Below the pieces are notes generated by a model, which did no database searches, was not told the origin of the DNA, and saw only the letters and a program-made list of their open reading frames with translations. A stretch of 28,857 bases of DNA, taken from Candidatus Nanohaloarchaea archaeon. Its GTDB lineage: Archaea; Nanohalarchaeota; Nanosalinia; Nanosalinales; Nanosalinaceae. Below are positions 25,021-28,857 of this stretch, piece after piece. How positions within the stretch are numbered: position 1 is the stretch's first letter; the number at the start of each line of letters is the position of its first letter. A program made the position numbers and the translations under genes. The stretch is taken from NCBI GenBank assembly GCA_042217695.1, contig JBDGSE010000002.1, positions 1-28,857 on the forward strand. Reading direction: 5' to 3'.

Positions 25021-25132
25021 AGTTTCCACCTGCTCAGCTATAGGACCGAGCAATTCGGTATTGTTCAGAAAACTTTTTCAATACTGACACGCTGTCAGGT
25101 ATTTTTATTCGATTGTAACCCAGTTGAGAGTT

Positions 25133-26563
25133 ATGAGAGGTTCGGTGACTTCGCGGCTGGTCGGCCGCCTTTTACAGGTCTACTCTGTCCTGGTGGCTGC
25201 CCCGCTCTTCATCGCCGTTTACTACGGCGAGACCATGAGCACGGTCTCGGGGTTCGCTATAGCCGCAGCGACCTCTCTTTTCGCGGGCTACGCCCTCTGG
25301 TACCTGGGCGAACCAGAGGAACCCTCCACGCAGGAAGCCCTGTTTGCCACCGTCTTCGGATGGTTCCTCGCGGTTGCGATAGGGGCCATCCCGCTGCTAA
25401 AGTTCATGCCGGTTGTCGACGCGTTTTTCGAGGCTGCGGCAGGTTTGACCACTACGGGGATATCGATGCTGCTGGCGCCCGGATCGCTGCCTCACTCCAT
25501 ACTCTTCTGGCGCGCCCTTATGCAGTGGGTGGGAGGTCTCGGTATACTGACCTTCTTCATAGCGATAATCCGGGAATCAGGCGGTATATCCAGGAGGCTG
25601 TTCTCGGCCGAGGCCCATAAGACAGATCCTGGTTCGATAAGGCCTTCCCTCAGGAAATCGGTTATAGATCTCTGGAGGGTCTACGGGTTCCTGACCGTGG
25701 TGATAATGACCGTCTACATCGCGCTCGGCATGCCTGTGTTCGACTCGGTGGCCCACGCATTCACCGTGCTCTCCACGGGTGGTTTCTCCACAGTGGGGGC
25801 ATCCATCGCAGGATTCAACTCCATGGCTATCGAGGCCGTGACGGTACTTTTCATGTTCATAGGTGGTGTAAACTTTGTTTTGCTTTACAGGTTTCTCCGG
25901 GCCGACCCGCGTCCACTCTTCAAAAACTCCGAGTTCAGGCTCTACCTACAGATATTTGCGCTCCTGACCGCGGTAAACTTTGCAGATATCGTCTCGCGCT
26001 ACGGTATACAGGAGGGCCTACTGAACGCTGCTTTCCAGTCCGCCACCCTGATCTCCTCGACAGGTTACAGCAATATGTCCATAACCGCTTTCTCGCTTCC
26101 CCTGCTCTCGATTTTCCTCGGGGTGATGTTCATCGGTGGTTCCCTTGGTTCGACCGCGGGAGGTCTCAAGATTTTCCGTCTCAAGACCATGATAGAGCTG
26201 CTGAAGACCCGGATAAAGGCTTATTCGCTGCCTGAGACCGCGGTGAATGAGGTAAAGATCGATGGAGAGATACTGTCCCGGTCTGCGGTCAGGACGATCT
26301 CGGTACTGTTCTTCACATGGCTTGCCGTGGTGTTCGCCGGGACAGTTTTCACGGTTTTCGCGGACAGCCTGACATTTTTCCAGGCTCTTTCCGGGGTTCT
26401 GTCCTCGGCGGGCAACATGGGTCCCGTGTACATGAGCGGCGAACAGCTGGTGGGTCTGTCCGCTGCCACGAAACTGGTGTGGCTGGTGGTGATGATAGCC
26501 GGTCGCCTCGAGATGCTGCCGTTACTGGCATTATTTAATACAGGGATTCTCAAAAACAACTAG
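25133..26563 (+). CDS. trkH: Trk potassium uptake system membrane subunit TrkH
   Basis: DAFFE...G.TTTG.S, WR...QW.GGLGI, STGGFS, SSTGY, MFIGG..GSTAGG.K..R, GNMGP, M..GRLE; alternative TTG start at 25124. Confidence 0.95.
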   Translation: MRGSVTSRLVGRLLQVYSVLVAAPLFIAVYYGETMSTVSGFAIAAATSLFAGYALWYLGEPEEPSTQEALFATVFGWFLAVAIGAIPLLKFMPVVDAFFEAAAGLTTTGISMLLAPGSLPHSILFWRALMQWVGGLGILTFFIAIIRESGGISRRLFSAEAHKTDPGSIRPSLRKSVIDLWRVYGFLTVVIMTVYIALGMPVFDSVAHAFTVLSTGGFSTVGASIAGFNSMAIEAVTVLFMFIGGVNFVLLYRFLRADPRPLFKNSEFRLYLQIFALLTAVNFADIVSRYGIQEGLLNAAFQSATLISSTGYSNMSITAFSLPLLSIFLGVMFIGGSLGSTAGGLKIFRLKTMIELLKTRIKAYSLPETAVNEVKIDGEILSRSAVRTISVLFFTWLAVVFAGTVFTVFADSLTFFQALSGVLSSAGNMGPVYMSGEQLVGLSAATKLVWLVVMIAGRLEMLPLLALFNTGILKNN

Positions 26564-26565
26564 AG

Positions 26566-27225
26566 ATGTATGTCGTCATAATCGGGATAAACACTCTGTC
26601 CAGAAGGCTTGTAGACCGGCTGGAAGGCAGGCATGATGTGGTGGTGGTCGACGAGGACGAGGACAAGTGCAAGAGACTGTATTCCTCGACCGGGGCCACC
26701 GTCATAAACAAGTCGCCGACCACTCTGTCCGCCCTGGAAGATGCAGGGATAACATCGGCGGATGCTTTGATCGCCACATTGAAGGACGACAACCAGAACA
26801 TGGTCGTATCGTCCCTCGGGAAAAAGTATGGCGTGCCCAAGGTGATAGCGCGATTAGAGGACGACGAATACTTCGAGGCATTCCAGATAATAGGCGCGGA
26901 GACCATCGGCCACACAGACATACTTCTATCCGAGTTCCTCTCTGCGGTGGAACACCCGTACCTGGTTAAGCTGGCGAACCTTTCCAACGGCCGGCAGATA
27001 CTGAAGGCGTCGATAGAAGAGGATTCCCGCCTCGTCGACAAGTCGGTCGGCGCGATAAAGGAGGAGGACACCTTCCCTGAAGAGTTCGAGATCGTCTCTG
27101 TTATACAGGACGAGGAGACCTACGTCGGAGAACTCAACCTCAAGGTCGAAGAGGGCACAGAACTTGTGCTGATAGGGCCGGAGGAAGAGAAAGGCCGGCT
27201 GGACCACTTCTTCCAGAACCAGTGA
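26566..27225 (+). CDS. trkA: Trk potassium uptake regulatory subunit TrkA (RCK_N + RCK_C)
   Basis: MYVVIIG, HDVVVVD.D, L..AGI..ADA.IA...DD..N, GVPKVIAR; directly follows trkH. Confidence 0.9.
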   Translation: MYVVIIGINTLSRRLVDRLEGRHDVVVVDEDEDKCKRLYSSTGATVINKSPTTLSALEDAGITSADALIATLKDDNQNMVVSSLGKKYGVPKVIARLEDDEYFEAFQIIGAETIGHTDILLSEFLSAVEHPYLVKLANLSNGRQILKASIEEDSRLVDKSVGAIKEEDTFPEEFEIVSVIQDEETYVGELNLKVEEGTELVLIGPEEEKGRLDHFFQNQ

Positions 27226-27272
27226 ACGATGGAGGCAAGATATTTTTCTTCTTTCCACCAAAACAGTAGAGT

Positions 27273-28670
27273 GTGACAGCGATAGTCTGGATCCGGCGCT
27301 CGATGAGAGAACATGACAACACCGCGCTGGTGGAGGCCTCGAGAGCTCACGACAGGATAATCCCTGTGTACATCATCGACGAGGACTACTTCTCGAAGCA
27401 GACGCTGGGATATCCCCGGGTAAAGTTCTGGCATGACTCGCTTGCCGAATTCAGGGAGTCGATGGAGGAGAAGGACAGGGATCTTGTCGTGCGGAAGGGT
27501 AAACCGGTGGACGAACTGGAGAAAATCATCGAGGAGACCGGGGCCGATGAACTCTACTTCAACAGAGATTACTCGCCGTACGCCAGGGATAGAGACCACG
27601 AAGCGAGGAAGCTAGATGCGGAGGTCAGGGAACTCAAGGACCTCGTGATGTTCGACCGGAAAGAGATAACCACGAACAAGGGCGGGGCCTACCAGGTCTA
27701 CAGTTACTACCGCGACAAATGGTTCGACAGGGAAAAACCCCGTCCGGCGAACCCGGGGAAATACGGTACACCGGACATAGAGTCCAGCGAGATCCCCTCT
27801 GTGGAGGAACTCGGGTACGACAGGCCGGAAAATCTTGAATGGACCTGGGAGCCCGGCAGGGAAGGAGGGAAAAAGAGACTGGAACAGTTCAGGGAAAAGA
27901 TATCGGAGTACGACGAAGACAGGGACTACCCCGCGAAAGACGCGACATCGAAGCTATCTCCCCACCTCAAGTTTGGGACAATATCCGTCAGAGAGGCGTT
28001 CTGGGCTGCTGAAGGCATGAAGGCCCGTGGGGCCTCTGGGGAAGGCGTCCGGGTCTGGCAGGAGGAGCTGGCCTGGAGAGACTTCTACTTCCAGCTACTC
28101 TGGCACTTCCCCCGCACGGTCGAGGAACCTTTCCAGGAACAGTACTCCAGCATCGAATGGGGCTGCCCGGAGGAAAACTGGCAGAGATTTATCCAGGGAA
28201 AGACAGGTTTCCCGTTCATCGACGCCGGGATGCGCCAGTTGAGAGACACGGGCTGGATGCACAACCGTTTGAGGATGGCCGCCACCAGCTTCGCCGCGAA
28301 AGACCTGAAGATCGACTGGAGAAAACTCCACGGATACTACTCCAGGATGTTCGTCGACGCCGAACTCGCCTCTATGATCGGCGGCATCCAGTGGGCCTAC
28401 TCCATCGGAACCGATGCACAGCCCTACTTCCGCGTCTTCAACCCGTGGACCCAGGGCGAGAAATGGGATCCCGACGGAGAATACATCCGGGAACACGTTC
28501 CCGAGTTGAGAGACGTTCCCGACGAATACATTCACCGACCCCAGGAAATGCCCTCCCAGGTTCAAGAAGAGACCGGGGTCAGGATCGGAGAGGACTACCC
28601 CGAACCGTTGGTGGACCACGCGGAGGAAAGAGAGTCCGCCATAAAGATGTTTGAAAACGCGCGCGAATAG
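27273..28670 (+). CDS. phr: Deoxyribodipyrimidine photolyase (CPD photolyase/cryptochrome family)
   Basis: W.RR..R.HDN.AL, RDYPA...TS.LSPHLKFG.IS.R, EL.WRDFY, GKTGFP.IDAGMRQL..TGWMHNR.RM, DAQPYFRVFNP..Q.EK.DP.G.YI. Confidence 0.95.
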   Translation: MTAIVWIRRSMREHDNTALVEASRAHDRIIPVYIIDEDYFSKQTLGYPRVKFWHDSLAEFRESMEEKDRDLVVRKGKPVDELEKIIEETGADELYFNRDYSPYARDRDHEARKLDAEVRELKDLVMFDRKEITTNKGGAYQVYSYYRDKWFDREKPRPANPGKYGTPDIESSEIPSVEELGYDRPENLEWTWEPGREGGKKRLEQFREKISEYDEDRDYPAKDATSKLSPHLKFGTISVREAFWAAEGMKARGASGEGVRVWQEELAWRDFYFQLLWHFPRTVEEPFQEQYSSIEWGCPEENWQRFIQGKTGFPFIDAGMRQLRDTGWMHNRLRMAATSFAAKDLKIDWRKLHGYYSRMFVDAELASMIGGIQWAYSIGTDAQPYFRVFNPWTQGEKWDPDGEYIREHVPELRDVPDEYIHRPQEMPSQVQEETGVRIGEDYPEPLVDHAEERESAIKMFENARE

Positions 28671-28775
28671 CCAAAAACTATTAACCCCGGCAGAGACTCA
28701 ATAAAAACTAGAGGAAACCCAGTTACAGTTACTTAAACATTCGACTCGTTAATACAACTATATACTTCGGTCGCG

Positions 28776-28857
28776 GTGGTAAACATCAGGAACTCCCATA
28801 CTTCCAAGCTAGCAATACTGGCCGTCCTCACACTTCTAACCCTCGGAACCGTTTCGG
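28776..28857 (+). CDS. 5' end of a secreted or surface protein (partial, signal peptide)
   Basis: GTG-initiated open frame MVNIRNSHTSKLAILAVLTLLTLGTVS...: basic n-region followed by hydrophobic h-region; runs off the window. Confidence 0.5.
   Translation, partial: MVNIRNSHTSKLAILAVLTLLTLGTVS

Noticed and set aside
1..28857. CRISPR array, transposase or integrase
   Set aside because: No regularly spaced repeats and no recombinase or transposase motifs in any ORF.

Overview
This is a compact archaeal housekeeping region. The strongly acidic proteins, archaeal information-processing genes and very short or overlapping intergenic spacers suggest a nanohaloarchaeon (DPANN), which is an inference. 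The minus strand carries the conserved archaeal superoperon rps6e-eif2g-PIN-rpoE1-spt4-rps24e-rps27ae-kae1-sua5-bud32-rps15-GAN(RecJ)-rps3ae. It is interrupted by two Kef-type K+/H+ antiporters and by a ~5.3 kb five-gene block: a MscS-channel/C39-like cysteine peptidase fusion, a degenerate and an intact RimK-like ATP-grasp ligase, a GCS2 glutamate-cysteine ligase and a convergent YheC/D-like ATP-grasp ligase. Also present are radC, nucS, an asnB-dph6 fusion, small membrane proteins, an FNR-like oxidoreductase, DUF456, RDD, trkH-trkA, a photolyase and a tRNA-Lys(CUU) with a 120-nt intron. Two signals stand out. (1) The peptide-ligase / channel-peptidase block is a candidate undescribed glutamyl-peptide synthesis, processing and release system. 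(2) A dispersed family of short palindromic elements (CGAAAACC-N-GGTTTTCT, often followed by a second GAAAC-N-GTTTC hairpin) occurs five times: in-frame inside asnB, in the tRNA intron, in a duplicated tRNA 5' leader, and in the leaders of rps15 and rps6e. All calls are from motif recognition by eye; no searches were run.
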